Part shown: positions 50,201-63,241 of the stretch, piece by piece
How the letters are laid out: each line of letters starts with the position of its first letter
How positions within the stretch are numbered: position 1 is the first letter of the stretch
Assembly (NCBI RefSeq): GCF_963921235.1
Contig: NC_086097.1
Span: forward strand, 142,602,001 to 142,666,000
From: Mobula hypostoma
Lineage: Eukaryota
Direction of reading: 5' to 3'
Length of the DNA stretch: 64,000 bases
The notes under the pieces: generated by a model
Database searches by the model: none
Seen by the model: the letters and a program-made list of their open reading frames with translations, nothing else
What the model was told of the DNA's origin: nothing
Made by a program: the position numbers and the translations under genes

Positions 50201-53200
50201 AAGAGTCTTACCATTAATACTATATTCTGCCATCATATTTGACCTACCAAAATGAACCACTTCACACTTATCTGGGTCGAACTCCATCTGCCACTTCTCA
50301 GCCCAGTTTTACATCCTATCAATGTCCCGCTGTAACTTCTGACAGCCCTCCACACTATCCACAACACCTCCAACCTTTGTGTCATCAGCAAACTTACTAA
50401 CACATCCCTCCACTTCCTCATCCAGGTCATTTATAAAAATCATGAAGAGTAAGGGTCCCACAACAGATTCCTGAGGCACTCCACTGGTCACCGACCTCCA
50501 TGCAGAATACGACCCATTTACAACCACTCTTTGCCTTCTGTGGGCAAGCCAGTTCTGGATCTACAAAGCAATGTCCCCTTAGGTCCCATGCCTCCTTACT
50601 TTCTCAATAAGCCTTGCATGGGGTACCTTATCAAATGCCTTGCTGAAATCCATATACACTACAGCTACTGCTCTTCCTTCATCAATGTGTTTAGTCACAT
50701 CCTCAAAAAATTCAATCAGGCTCATAAGGCATGACCTGCCCTTGACAAAGCCATGCTGACTACTCCTAATCATATTATACCTCTCCAAATGTTCATAAAT
50801 CCTGCCTCTCAGGATCTTCTCCAACAACTTACCAACCACTGAGGCAAGACTCAGCGGTCTATAATTTCCTGGGCTATCTCTACTCCCTTCCTTGAATAAA
50901 GGAACAACATCCGTAACCCTCCAATCCTCCGGAACCTCTCCCGTCCCCATTGATGATGCAAAGATCATCGCCAGAGGCTCAGCAATCTCCTCCCTCGCCT
51001 CCCACAGAAGCCTGGGGTACATCTCATCCAGTCCCGGCGACTTATCCAACTTGATGCTTTCCAAAAGCTCCAGCACATCCTCTTTCTTAATATCTACATG
51101 CTCAAGCTTTAAAGTCTGCTGCAAGTCCTCACTACAATCACCAAGATCCTTTTCCATAGTGAATACTTGTATTCATTAAGTACCTCTGCTTTCACGTCTT
51201 ATCCTCTTGCTCTTCACATACTTGTAGAATGTCTTGGGGTTTTCCTTAATCCTGCCTGCCAAGGCCTTCTCATGGCCCCTTCTGGCTCTCCTAATTTCCA
51301 TCTTAAGTTCCTTAGCATTACAATCTTCTAGATCTCTAACATTACCCAGCTCTCTGAACCTTTTGTAAGCCTTTCTTCTTGACTGGATTTATTACAGCCT
51401 TTGTACACCACAGTTCCTGTACCCCACCATAACTTCCCTTTCTCATTGGAACGTACCTATGCAGAACTCCACACGAATATCCTCTGAATATTTGCCACAT
51501 TTCCTCTGTACTTTTCCCTGAGAACATCTGCTTCCAACTTAAGCCTCCAATTTCCTGTCTGATAGCCTCATAATTCCCCTTACTCCAATTAACTGCTTTT
51601 CTAACTTGTCTGTTCCTCTCTCTCTCCAATGCGATTGTAAAGGAGATAGAATTATGATCACTAATTCATGTACGAGTATTTTGATAGACATGGTCTGATT
51701 AAGGATAGTCAGCATTGTTTCATGCATCGTAGGTCATGTCTAAACAATCTTTAAGAGGTTTACAAGTTACCAGGAAAGGTGATGACGGTAAGGCAGTGTA
51801 TGTTGTATACATGGACATGACCAAGGATTTGACAAGGTCCCACATGGAGGTTTGTCAAGAAGGTTCAGTCACTCAGCATTCAAAATGAGGTAGTAAATTG
51901 TATTAGACATTGGCTTTATGGGAGAAGACAGAGAATGGCAGTAGATGGTTGTCTCTCTGACTGAAGTCCTGTGACCAGTAGAGTGCTGCAGGGATCGGTG
52001 CTGGGGTCCATTGTTGTTTGTCATCTATATCAACAATCTATATGGTAATGTGGCTAATTGGATCAGCAAATTTGCAGATGACACCAAGATTGGGGGTTTA
52101 GTAGACAGTGAGGAAGACTATGATAGCTTGAAATTTAATGGAGACAAGTGCAAGTTGTTGCACTTCAGTAGGACCAAAGTATACAAAATTATGAGGGGTA
52201 TAGATTGGGTAAATGCAAGCAGGCTTTTTCCACTGAGGTTTGGTTGGACTGCAACTAGAGGTCATGTGTTAAGGGTGAACGGTAGAATATTTAAGGGGAA
52301 CATGAGGGGAATCTTCTTCACTCAGTGGGTGGTGAGAGTGTAGCATGAGCTACCAGCGCAAGTGATGCATATGAGCTCGATTTCAATTTTTAAGAGAAGT
52401 TTGATTAAGAGAACATAGAACAGTACAGCACATTACAGGACCTTCGGCCCACAATATTGTACCGACCCTCAAACCTTGCCTCCCATATAACACCCCACCT
52501 TAACTTCTTCCATATACCTGTCTAGTAGTCTCTTAAACTTCACGAGTGTATCTGCCTCCACCACTGATTCAGGCAGTGCATTCCACGCACCAACCACTCT
52601 CTGAGTAAAAAAAACCTTCCTCTAATATCCCCCTTGAACTTCCCACCCCTTACCTTAAAGCCATGTCCTCTTGTATTGAGCAGAGGTGCCCTGGGGAAGA
52701 GGCCCTGGCTATCCACTCTATCTATTCCTCTATTATCCTGTACACCTCTATAATGTCTCCTCTCATTCTCCTTCTCTCTAAAGAGTAAAGCCCTAGCTCC
52801 CTTAATCTCTGATCATAATGCATACTCTCTAAACCAGGCAGCATCCTGGTAAATCTCCTCTGTATCCTTTCCAATGCTTCACAGTACCCCAATTGTGGCC
52901 TAACCAGAGTTTTATAGAGCTGCATCATTACATCGCGACTCTTAAACTCTATCCCCTGACTTATGAAAGCTAACACCCCATAAGCTTTCTTAACTACCCT
53001 ATCCACCTGTGAGGCAACTTTCAGGGATCTGTGGACATGTACCCCCAGATCCCTCTGCAGCTCCACACTACCAAGTATCCTGCCATTTACTTTGTACTCT
53101 GCCTTGGAGTTTGTCCTTCCAAAGTTGTACCACCTCACACTTCTCCGGGTTGAACTCCATCTGCCACTTCTCAGCCCACTTCTGCATCCTATCAATGTCT

Positions 53201-53460
53201 CTCTGCAATCTTTGACAATCCTCTGCACTATCTACAACACCACCAACCTTTGTGTCATCTGCAAACTTGCCAACCCACCCCTCTACCCCCACATCCAGGT
53301 CGTTTATAAAAATCACAAAAAGTAGAAGTCCCAGAACATTAGGTACATGATGTTAGGGGTATGGAGGGCCGTGGGCCCAGTACAGGCCGAGGAGAGTGGG
53401 CAGTTTAAATAGCTCGAGACAGACTAGATGGGCCGAAAGACCCGTTTCTGTGCTGAACTG
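47290..53460. mobile_element. Nested LINE cluster in a SETD2 intron: + strand CR1 interrupted by Rex1 (+, about 47660-48440) and two - strand CR1 copies (about 49490-51665 and 52410-53335)
   Basis: ORFs 47682-48323 (Rex1 RT), 48743-49336, 49628-50287, 50579-51157, 52011-52343 and 52722-53316 (CR1 RT). CR1 tails at 49492 and 52410. Confidence 0.9.
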
Positions 53461-55539
53461 TGACTCTAATATACTGGCCTTGAAAGTTGCAGATCACAGA
53501 TTAATCATAGCTCATTAAGACTTTTAATGATTAAATTAAGAAGATAGGGTCAACTAAACTCCAGGATATCCACTCCAACATAACTGTTTTTCTTAAAACA
53601 GATTCCTAAAATCCCATGACCAAGTTTATGGGCTCTGTCCTTTGTGACTTGGAGTCAAATTTTATTTGGTAACATCTTTATGAACACTTTTGGATGTTTT
53701 ACGGTGTCAATGGCAGTGTATAAATAAGATCTTGTTGCTGTTTGTGTTGGAAGAAATTAAATACGTTAGCTGACTTACACACTAAACCTCAAAAACAGCA
53801 AATAAGTTAATGAACATATGATTTATTTAACAGTACTATTTCGAAGATTCAAAGTACATTTATTATTAAAGAACATATAAATTATACAACCTTGAGATTT
53901 GTCTGCTTACAAGCAGCCTCAAAGCAAGAAACCCAAAAGAACCCAATTAAAAAAAAAGCCCAACCCCCAATGCGCAAAGAGAAAATAACACAAATCATAC
54001 AAACAAAAGAAGCCAGCTACAACAGCATTCCAACCATATTGAGTTCTTGGGTCCAAATTCCTGGAGCATTCCGGAGTAGGCCCAAAGCCTGGGTATTCAG
54101 TCCATCGTAATAGCAGGGCAAATCATTGCAAAGTTCGTAGACACGAAGCACAGCAGCCGGGGTCTGTTTCAGTCTCAGTGCCGCAGAGAGAGGAACCTCC
54201 AGTTTATCTGGGCCAGTGTTTAAGTTGCCTGAACAGCAGATCATTAGGACCTGGGCTCTGCCGTGGTGAATCGCTCCCGGCTTAGAACACATTGCTCAAC
54301 AATTTGCTTCGGGCCTAGATTTTGCTGCTGAAAAAGCTGTCCTCAACCACTCCAAAATGGCTCGGTGCTTAAAGCGATCCAACCTTGCCCGACTCATGAC
54401 ATTCTGCCTTTCCAGTCTATCTGGGCCGGCATTTAAATTGTCCAAACAGTAGATTATGCATCGAAGCCTTCCAGCACTTCAGATACTACCCTACCTTTTT
54501 CTTTTGCATTAACATGGGTCCAGATTACATCTACTTTTAAAATCTGGAAGACAGCATCTGCCTCAGACCCTATCATTCTTCTATACTAGCATTTCAGCAT
54601 AGATTATGGCTTAAGCATTTGCAATGAGTAACTTGATATAGTAGAGAGAAAACATAATACAGTTTTTGAAGAATGTTAATGAACTGGTGGACTTCCAGAG
54701 TGTGATTTGATACTCTATAATAACTCTTCTTGGATAACATAACTCTAATGCTGCTGTGCTGTGCTTTGCCTCTTCCTCGATCCCAACTAATTTGTAGCTG
54801 TGTTAAGCCTAGGCATTCTCGCATGATGGCCTTGGGTAACCTTTGAACATCGTATCACAAAATAGACCATTTTTAGAAGCCAATTCACTGTCACTACTAT
54901 GAACTGCTGTAATAAGATGATATTATGGGGTTCACTCTTAAGATTGACCAGTAATTTTATTTCATTTGCCAAGATTTTTGGAATGATTCTCCAGTATTTT
55001 TCAAATCAACCAGTGTCCTTAAGACCATAAGACATAGGAGCAGAATTAAGCCATTCAGCCCATCGAGTCTGATCTGCCATCCATCATGGCTGTTTGAATA
55101 TCCATTTCATCCCCATTCTCCTGCCTCCTCCACATAAACTTTGATGCCCTTATTAATCAAGAACCCATCAACCTCCACTTTATATATACCCAATGACTTG
55201 GCCTCCACAGCCATCTGTGGTAATGAATTCCATAGATTCACCACCCTCTGGCTGAAGAAATTCCTCCATCTCTGTTATGAAGGGATGCCGTTCTATTCCG
55301 TGACTGTGCTCTCTTGTCCTAGACTCCCCCACTGTAGGAAACATCCTCTCCATGCCCACTCTATCTTCTTATTCTATTCCCCAGCAAATAAAGGAGTTGG
55401 TTTATAATGGGCATGGAACTGTGGCGATCACTTACATCTTGGTCTCTTGCAACTCTTCAAGTAATTTGATTGTGGGGCTTTTGTACATGAGCCTCATTCA
55501 TGCTACTACCAGTAGGTCAAAAGGCAAATAGAATCAAAA

Positions 55540-57089
55540 GAGGATTCTGGATAATTGGGCTATTGGTTAATCAGGGCAGCCAATTCTTTGGGAGAACTCT
55601 TAAAGAATAAAAATGAATTGAGAAAATAGCCAGGATTCCCTTTGTTTATTTGGGATGCCACACCGCTTAATTGGGACAGAAAACTGATACTGAACAGCCT
55701 CTAACTAGCGTCAGTCACATGAACTTGTGTGGCCATTAGACACTACACTGTGCTTAGAGCAAACAATTTTTAAATAGCATCAGCTATGTGTGTTTATGTT
55801 CAAAAAGCAGTGATTTTTGTGACTGATAGTTGGTGAGAAATAATAACATAGTTCTGAATTACGGATACAAGCATTCAGGCTTGGAGATGCCAGAGACAGC
55901 AAGGAGTGCAAATGAAACAAGTCCATACAGCAAGTTAGGAACTACGAATGTTATGATAAAAAAGAAGATTTGGAAGATGCAACAGTTTCTGTCTGGTGCA
56001 TTTGTGTGGATGTTACATACTACACTGTGCTTAGGGTGAACAGTTTTTCAAAAGTGTCAGTTGCATATGCTTGTGTTATGTTACTCATCTGAACCAACCA
56101 ATGCCAAATTAAAAAGCAGTGATATTTGACATTACCTCATGCAGGAAGGAAATGAAGGCAATCCATTATCTACACCAGGTGCCTGCACTGATTTTGTTCA
56201 TTTACAGTGAATCAAAAGAACATGGCAGTCTAGAGAAGGGCACGAGCTCATGATCAACTCCATTTCTCACCAATTAAAGCATCGAGGAAGATTGAAATAT
56301 TGAGGTGACTGTGGAAGGCGAGTGAATGTTCAGTGCTATCTACCAGCCTCTTATTTGCTGCTGCCGGAGGAAGGTGTCTCTGTGCGACATCTCTCACTTG
56401 CTGCTCTCAAAGGAAGGTCCCTGTATTCAAATGGTCTCTTTCCCTCTGTGCTGTCAGAGGATGGAACCAAAGTTCTGGGTGTGTGATTTAGAGATTGCAC
56501 TTAGTAGTTCACTGGAACCCTTTCAGATTTACGTTTTTGTACTCTGTGTTTCCGTCTGACCTTTCTGGTTGACGTTTATGGAGTTTGTTTTGTTTTGCGG
56601 GGGGGTGGGATTTTGATGTTCGGTGCCATTTGCGTGATTTTTTTGCGCATGGGGACTTGATGCTCTTGTTGCCATTTGCATGATTTGTTTTTCTGCACAT
56701 GGGGGAAAGATTTGAAGACCTTGTTGCCACTTGTGGTATTTGCTTTTGCGCACGGAAGTGGTGGGGGGGGGGAAGAGTGTTGATATTTCGTGGCTGTCTG
56801 GAGAAAACGAATCTCAGGGCTGTATACTGCATACATACTTTGATAATAAATGTACCTTGAAACTTGAATTCCTCTGTTGGTAACTATTAGTAACTAATAC
56901 AGAGTTTTATAGGACTGTAGTAGTATTGGTAGTATTCTAATTTGATCTGTATTTCATTTAAATACATAATTTGTTACTCAATTAAACAGTAGATTCTCTT
57001 TTAAAAACCATTTCCCTGAAACTTCAGCTAATTGAGGCAGCCGCTTCATTGGGTCAAAATGAACTGGTTCCAGTTAAGCAGAATCCACT
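55540..57089. mobile_element. Tigger/pogo-like non-autonomous element with an internal LINE-derived insert
   Basis: Degenerate termini ggattctggataattggg and ttaagcagaatccactg-TA, with duplicated internal motif tacactgtgcttag. Confidence 0.45.
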
Positions 57090-58545
57090 GTATTCCCTAA
57101 TCCTGCCACCATACCCTCACCAACTACCTTCATTGAATGCTGTCCTGGCAGACTTGTTAGTCAAAGGGTCTAAGAAAAATTGCCTTGCCGGGTGGTGTGC
57201 AGATCTCTTAATAAAGAAAAAAAAGAGAATTTTACATAGTGAAAGGTGCTAGTCAGATTGTCACCTTCTAATGTATGGCACCCAACTATCCCCCTCACCA
57301 TGGCAGTTGCAAGTACAGATGCACTATAGCAACTAACTGGGCCTATTAAGCATTTTCCAAATCCATGACATTGACCAACTCAAAATGCAAATGCATTTAC
57401 AATTTTTACTCTAAATTGCACATTATTCTGACCGAGTCTTGGTTGTATTTTCATTGTCATTGGGCTAGTGTTCTGGAAATCCCTAACAACAGTGCCCCAC
57501 AATTTAACAGTGTTGAAAACAGCTCAACACCACATTTACAGGGCGAAAGCAACACCCATAAGATATCTCTTTCATAGGAGGGCCGGGATGGGGGAAGATG
57601 CTGTTGGAATGCCCATGAAAAATTGGGTCATCTTTGGAAGGGCATTTCCATGAGAGAATGGAGTGTGTCTGAAGGAATGGATCATGCTCATGGGAACTTG
57701 GGTTATGTGCGGACAGCATATTCACTGGAAGTAGGGTGCATTTTGATGCAGTGGACATACTTGAAAGCTGGGATTATTTTCAGGAAGAAAGTATGAAGGA
57801 GGAAAACTTCTGAACTAACGGCCAATTTACAATTCAGGAAATGAGTTACTTATTAAAAGAAAGCATGGAATTTTTCTCTTCATACCATGCAGTCTAAATA
57901 ATTGGTTTGTTACAGAAAGGAAACCTACTTACTCAAAATTATGCCGAACTTTTCACTCTCCATTAATCCTTTCTTTAGAAACACACTGATCTGTTTTTGT
58001 ACATGTATATATATACACACACACACACACACTGATGAATTTAAAACACTTTCCGAGTAACTTGTTCGACAGTTCATCTATCTCCTAATTCTGCCCATTT
58101 CCAACTCCCCATGACTCTGCCTACTACTAACTTCTATAGCTTTACCTGTGCTGTGCTACAGGAGAAAATACACAGATAGGGAAGATGTAAAATATATTTA
58201 TTATGCACTCAAATAATACTTCATAGGTATTGTTTTGTATCCAATCAGTTATGCATGAGTTGCAGTCATTAAGGCAATGCGGTATTTTTTCATGCAAACC
58301 AAATTCAACACAATCCGTTTAGGTAAGTGACTTACCCTGCATTTAAAGAGGGTTATTGGGGCCTATTTTATATGCAGCAATATCTAACGAGATGCTTGAC
58401 AGAAACACTTTTGAATGTTTTGCATGAAACAACAAGTAAATTTCTCCTTTCTGAGAGTAAGCATGGCAGACTACAAGCAAATATGGGAAGTGGAGATGGA
58501 TGAGAAGTGGAGACAACAGAACGGGAAGGAGAAAACTGAACTCAC

Positions 58546-58629
58546 CTCCTTCCTGAACATCTCTTTACTCCTCTTGGCAAGCTCACTTGAAGTGTCAGCC
58601 TCTGCGGTCTTAGGCTTTTTCTTGATAGA
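58546..58629 (-). CDS. SETD2: SETD2 exon preceding the SRI core
   Basis: ctcctcttacag...GAG|gtgagt, 84 nt, phase 0-0. Encodes SIKKKPKTAEADTSSELAKRSKEMFRKE. Confidence 0.96.
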
Positions 58630-59935
58630 CTGTAAGAGGAGAATGAGTGGGATTTCGGTAACTTCAAAAATAAAAATGTAGCAAGATAATTAGCTGGAGG
58701 ATATCCAGATTACCACTGGCATCACACCAGATCGCACTGGTAATTCCAACAACACTCAGCAAATGACATGAAAAGGTCATTAGCACAAGGAATCCTTTGA
58801 TCTCAGTTTTTCTTCACCAAGCCCATTCTCTTTTCAATTCCTGCCCCCAGGGTTTTGAACCTTTTGCACCAGAAAACAATATCTTAATTTACATCACTAG
58901 TTTATTTCATAATTAAAGTAATAACATTTTTCAAACTCAATATTTTTTGATGCCAAAAGCTCTGTCAGACACAGTGCCCCAGGCTTGGGTGTCACCAGAT
59001 AGGAGCCCCTAACCTGCTGACTCTCTCCTCGAAGCCCAACTCACTGCAGGGGGATTTGAGCTCTACAGAAGAAACTGAGAGCCAACTGCACTAAAATGGT
59101 AGGGCATATTGTTTCAATATCCAACAGGAGAAGCTGCCCTTAACCACTTTTTCACTTGAGCATGGGGAAGAAACAGAGGGCCTCAGTGATTTCAAAGGAG
59201 TGGGGGGGGGGCATGACAGGGAGACGAGAGCTCACAGCCATCTGCAATTATCCCTAAAAATAACAGTTCAAAAAAAAAACAGACAGCTGGAATATCATCT
59301 GGATGGCAGAACTGCAGAGCATGTCTTTTTTTTTAACTTTCAGTTCTGAGGATTGTGTGTAATTTTCCCCAAGAAAAGCTCAAGCTTTTGGTTCTATAGT
59401 AATATGGCCATTTTGCTCACAGGTGTCAGCATAACTTTCATTTTTAGGATAAAGGACAATGGTATGTAGAAGTTGAACTATAAATTTATCAATTACCTCT
59501 AAGAATTTCTCTACAAATCATTACTTTCGAGCAAGCTGCAGTGGGCTTGAATTTTGGCTCACTATGCTTAGATGTTCATTTTCTGTAGTATTTAATAGAA
59601 TTTGCCTGAAGCTTGTTGTGTCAATCATATTAGCATGGGACTGGAGCTAAATGTAGCTCATTTTGGGAAGGACAGCTGGTTTCCTTTGCTAAAGATGGAC
59701 ATAAGTGTTTCCCATATGGCACTGGACGTTCATTCAACAAGACTGAGCTAACCTGCCATCCGTTGTTCATCAGACTAATCCATGATTAAGGTTTCTAAGC
59801 ACTTTATTTTTAAATTATCTTAGTGGTGAATAATCAAGTCAAATATACCTTTTCATCTAACAAGCTTGGTTTGTGTTTTTAAAATTCACTAACACATCAA
59901 GCAGAATTGCATGAAGAAGAAAGCAATTTAGAAAT

Positions 59936-59954
59936 ACACACACACACACACACA
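59936..59954. repeat. (CA)n microsatellite at a Tc1 insertion site
   Basis: Read directly. Similar short arrays occur at about 740-757 and 58005-58032. Confidence 0.9.
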
Positions 59955-61477
59955 CAGTAGCATGCAAAAGTCTGGGCACACCAGTCAAAATTTCTGTTAC
60001 TGTGAATAGCTAAGCAAGTAAAAGATGACACATTTCTTTAATATTTTAAGCAAGATTACTTTTTTTATTTCCATTCTTTACAGTTTCAAAATAACAAAAA
60101 AGGAGAAGGGCCCAAAGCAAAAGTTTGGACACCCTGCATGGTCAGTACTTAGTAACACCCCCTTTGGCAAGTATCACAGCTTGTAAACACTTTTTGTACC
60201 CAGCTAAGAGTCTTTCAATTCTTGTTTGGGGGATTTTCACCCATTCTTCCTTGCAAAAGGCTTCTAGTTCTGTGAGATTCTTGGGCCGTCTTGCATGCAC
60301 TGCTCTTTTGAGGTCTATCCACAGATTCTCAATGATGTTTAGGTCAGGGGACTGTGAGGACCATGGCAAAACCTTCAGCTTGCGTCTCTTAAGGTAGTCC
60401 ATTGTGGATTTTGAGGTGTGTTTTGGATCATTAACCTGTTGTAGAAGCCATCCTCTTTTCATCTTTGGTGTTTTTTTTTACAGACGGTGTGATGTTTGCT
60501 TCCAGAATTTGCTGGTATTTAATTGAATTCATTCTTCCCTCTACCGGTGAAATGTTCCCCGTGCTACTGGCTGCAACACAAGCCCAAAGCATGATCGGTT
60601 CACCCCCGTGCTTAACAGTTGGAGAGGGGCTTTCATGAAATTCTGCACCCTTTTTTCTCCAAACATACCTTTGCTCATTGTGCCCAAAAAGTTCTATTTT
60701 AACTTCATCAGGCTTGTTTAGATGTTCCTTTGCAAACTTCTGATGCTGAATTTTGTGGTGAGGATGCAGGACAGGTTTTCTTCTGATGACTCTTCCATGA
60801 AGGTCATATTTGTGCAGGTGTCACTGCACAGTAGAACAGTGCACTCAAACGGGGGTTTTGATTTGCCTTTCTAGCAATCCTATGAGAAGTTCTCTCAGAA
60901 AGTTTTCTTGGTCTTCCGGACCTCAACTTGACCTCCACCGTTCCTGTTAACTGCCATTTCTTAATTCCATTAGAACTGAGGAAACAGCTACCTGAAAACG
61001 CTTTGCTATCTTCTTATAGCCTTCTCCTGCTTTGTGGGCACCATTTATTTTAATTTTCAGAATGCTAGGCAGCTGCTTAGAGGAGCCCATGGCTGCTGAT
61101 TGTTGGGACAAGGTTTGAGAAGTCAGGGTATTTATAAAGCTTTGAAATTTGCATCACCTGGCCTTTCCTAATGATGATTGTGAACAAGCCATAGCACTAA
61201 CAAGCTAATTAAAGTCTGAGACCTTGGTACCGTACAAGTTATCTGAGAGCTCAAATCTCTTGGGGTGCTCAAACTTCTGCATGGTGCTTCTTTCCTTTCT
61301 CCCCCCCACTCTAAAATTGTACAAAACAAAAATAATACACTAATCTTGCTTAAAATGTTGAAAAGAATGTTTCATCTTTAACGTTATGACTTTTGGAGAT
61401 CAGTTCATCTTCTACTCACTTAACTAATCAGTGATGGAAATTTTGATCAGGGGTGCCCAAACTTTTGCATGCCACTG
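59955..61477 (-). mobile_element. Near full-length Tc1 (DD34E family) transposon, decayed
   Basis: TIRs cagtagcatgcaaaagtctgggcac and gtgcccaaacttttgcatgccactg-TA. The minus ORF 60142-60462 is almost identical to the 36254-36757 transposase. Confidence 0.93.
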
Positions 61478-61627
61478 TAGACACACACACATATAATAAA
61501 AATAAATAAAATAAAACAAAAGAAAGCAGAAAAGTGAACGGGAATGAATATCCTTTTCTGAAAGTGAATACTCTGAATCCTTTCCCAGCAGCATATGTAC
61601 AATTATTTGATATACATGTTCACAGAC

Positions 61628-61696
61628 CTGGCTGTAAGAGTTGGGCGTCCCATCTCCACTTCCATCTGGTCCATGTCGATCAGTGAGCATTGGATC
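61628..61696 (-). CDS. Candidate additional SETD2 exon (69 nt, phase 0-0)
   Basis: tgttttgcctgttgaactttag|GAT...CAG|gtctgt. Open frame DPMLTDRHGPDGSGDGTPNSYSQ in a unique island between two transposons. Confidence 0.45.
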
Positions 61697-61768
61697 CTAA
61701 AGTTCAACAGGCAAAACACAATGAGATACTGGACATATCACCCTCTTGGTCCTCACGAAAGAGCAGTA

Positions 61769-63214
61769 CAGGTTTCCCCCGCCATCCAAAGGTAGAGTGT
61801 TCCTATGAAACGGTTCGTAAGCCGGAATGTCGTAAAGCGAAGAAGCAATTACCATTTATTTATATGGGAAAATTTTGCGAGCTTTCGTAGACCCAAAAAT
61901 AACATGCCAAATAACAAGTAAAACCTAAAATAACAGTAACATATAGTAAAAGCAGGAATGGTATGATAAATACACAACTTATATAAAGTAGAAATATTTT
62001 TTCACAATCATTGCCTAAACTGTTCTCCGTAGCGAAAATCTCACGCAAGCGCCGTCGGTAAAAACACGGCGCAAGCACTCTCCAGTAACCTTTAAGCTAT
62101 GAAGCTGCCAAATCATACCAAATAACACGTAAAAATACACAGCCTATATAAAGTAGAAATAATGTATGTACAGTGTAGTATCACTTACTGGAATTGGATC
62201 AGCGTCGAGCACACTGATGATGGTGTGTTAGGCTGAGTTGGAGGTTGAGGTGGTGCAGTGGCCCCCACCCTCCGGGCAGCAACCCGATACATTGCCACGA
62301 AGCATGCAGGGGTCCAGCAGTAGCCGGGAGACACACAGCACATCTTTAAGAAAAAAGCCGAAATAAACAAGCTAATTAATTAGGTGCTGGGCGGTACCTA
62401 ATAATTAGCATGTTTATTTTGGCTTTTTTCTTAAAAGATGTGCTGTGTGTCTCCCGGCTACTGCTGCATTCTCCACGAATCGGTATCTGTCCGCAGCCTG
62501 GGTGTTGGGGTGGTGGGACACTGGGGTGTCATCTCATCATCGTCTGTTTCCATTAGAGCAGGCAGCTCATCTTCTCCTATGACTGCCCGCCTCCATGTCG
62601 AAGGTTGAGGTTCATCGTCTGCTGTGGCTGATGTGGAAGGCTTGCTTGACTGCTGAGCGTCGCGCATTTTCCTATCATACAGTTCTTTGTAAGCACTCAA
62701 ACCATCCTGCAAATATCCCCTAAACCTACGTACCCTTTCAAAATTAAAGTCGTACTTTATCATTACTCATTCGGTTTCGATTGTTATCCTTTCCTCTTCC
62801 AATTGCATCAGCTCTTCATCTATCGGTTCTTGGTCATGGGATGCCAAAACCTCGTCAACATCATCTTCGTCAGCTTCCACAAGCCAAACTCACTTAGTCC
62901 TTACTTCGTTCACCACGATCAAAATGCTTAATTATGTCTAGTTTTATGCTAAGTGTAACACCATTACGAGGTCTTTCAGACTTTTCCGATACCTTAGAAC
63001 TCATCTTGCAAACGGCTGCTCATAGGCACGTGTTTAAGCAATGCTGGCGAGAATGCGGTTCTGAATCTGGGGAGAGTGGCTGCTTGGAGTGCATGCTGCT
63101 TTTTTCGCGTGCTGCTTTTTTTGTAACAGTGAAAACACCTTCTGTTAGCAAAAACAGGTCTTTCGTAACAGTGAGGTTTCATAAAGCGAACGTTCGAAAA
63201 GCAGGGGACACCTG
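61769..63214 (-). mobile_element. Tigger/pogo-like element with a transposase C-terminal remnant
   Basis: TA-caggtttcccccgc at the left end and gcaggggacacctg-TA at the right. Minus ORF YDFNFERVRRFRGYLQDGLSAYKELYDRK, plus an internal ~70-bp-arm inverted repeat at about 62315-62466. Confidence 0.8.
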
Positions 63215-63241
63215 TACTGTAGTATCATACTTCAGAACCTT

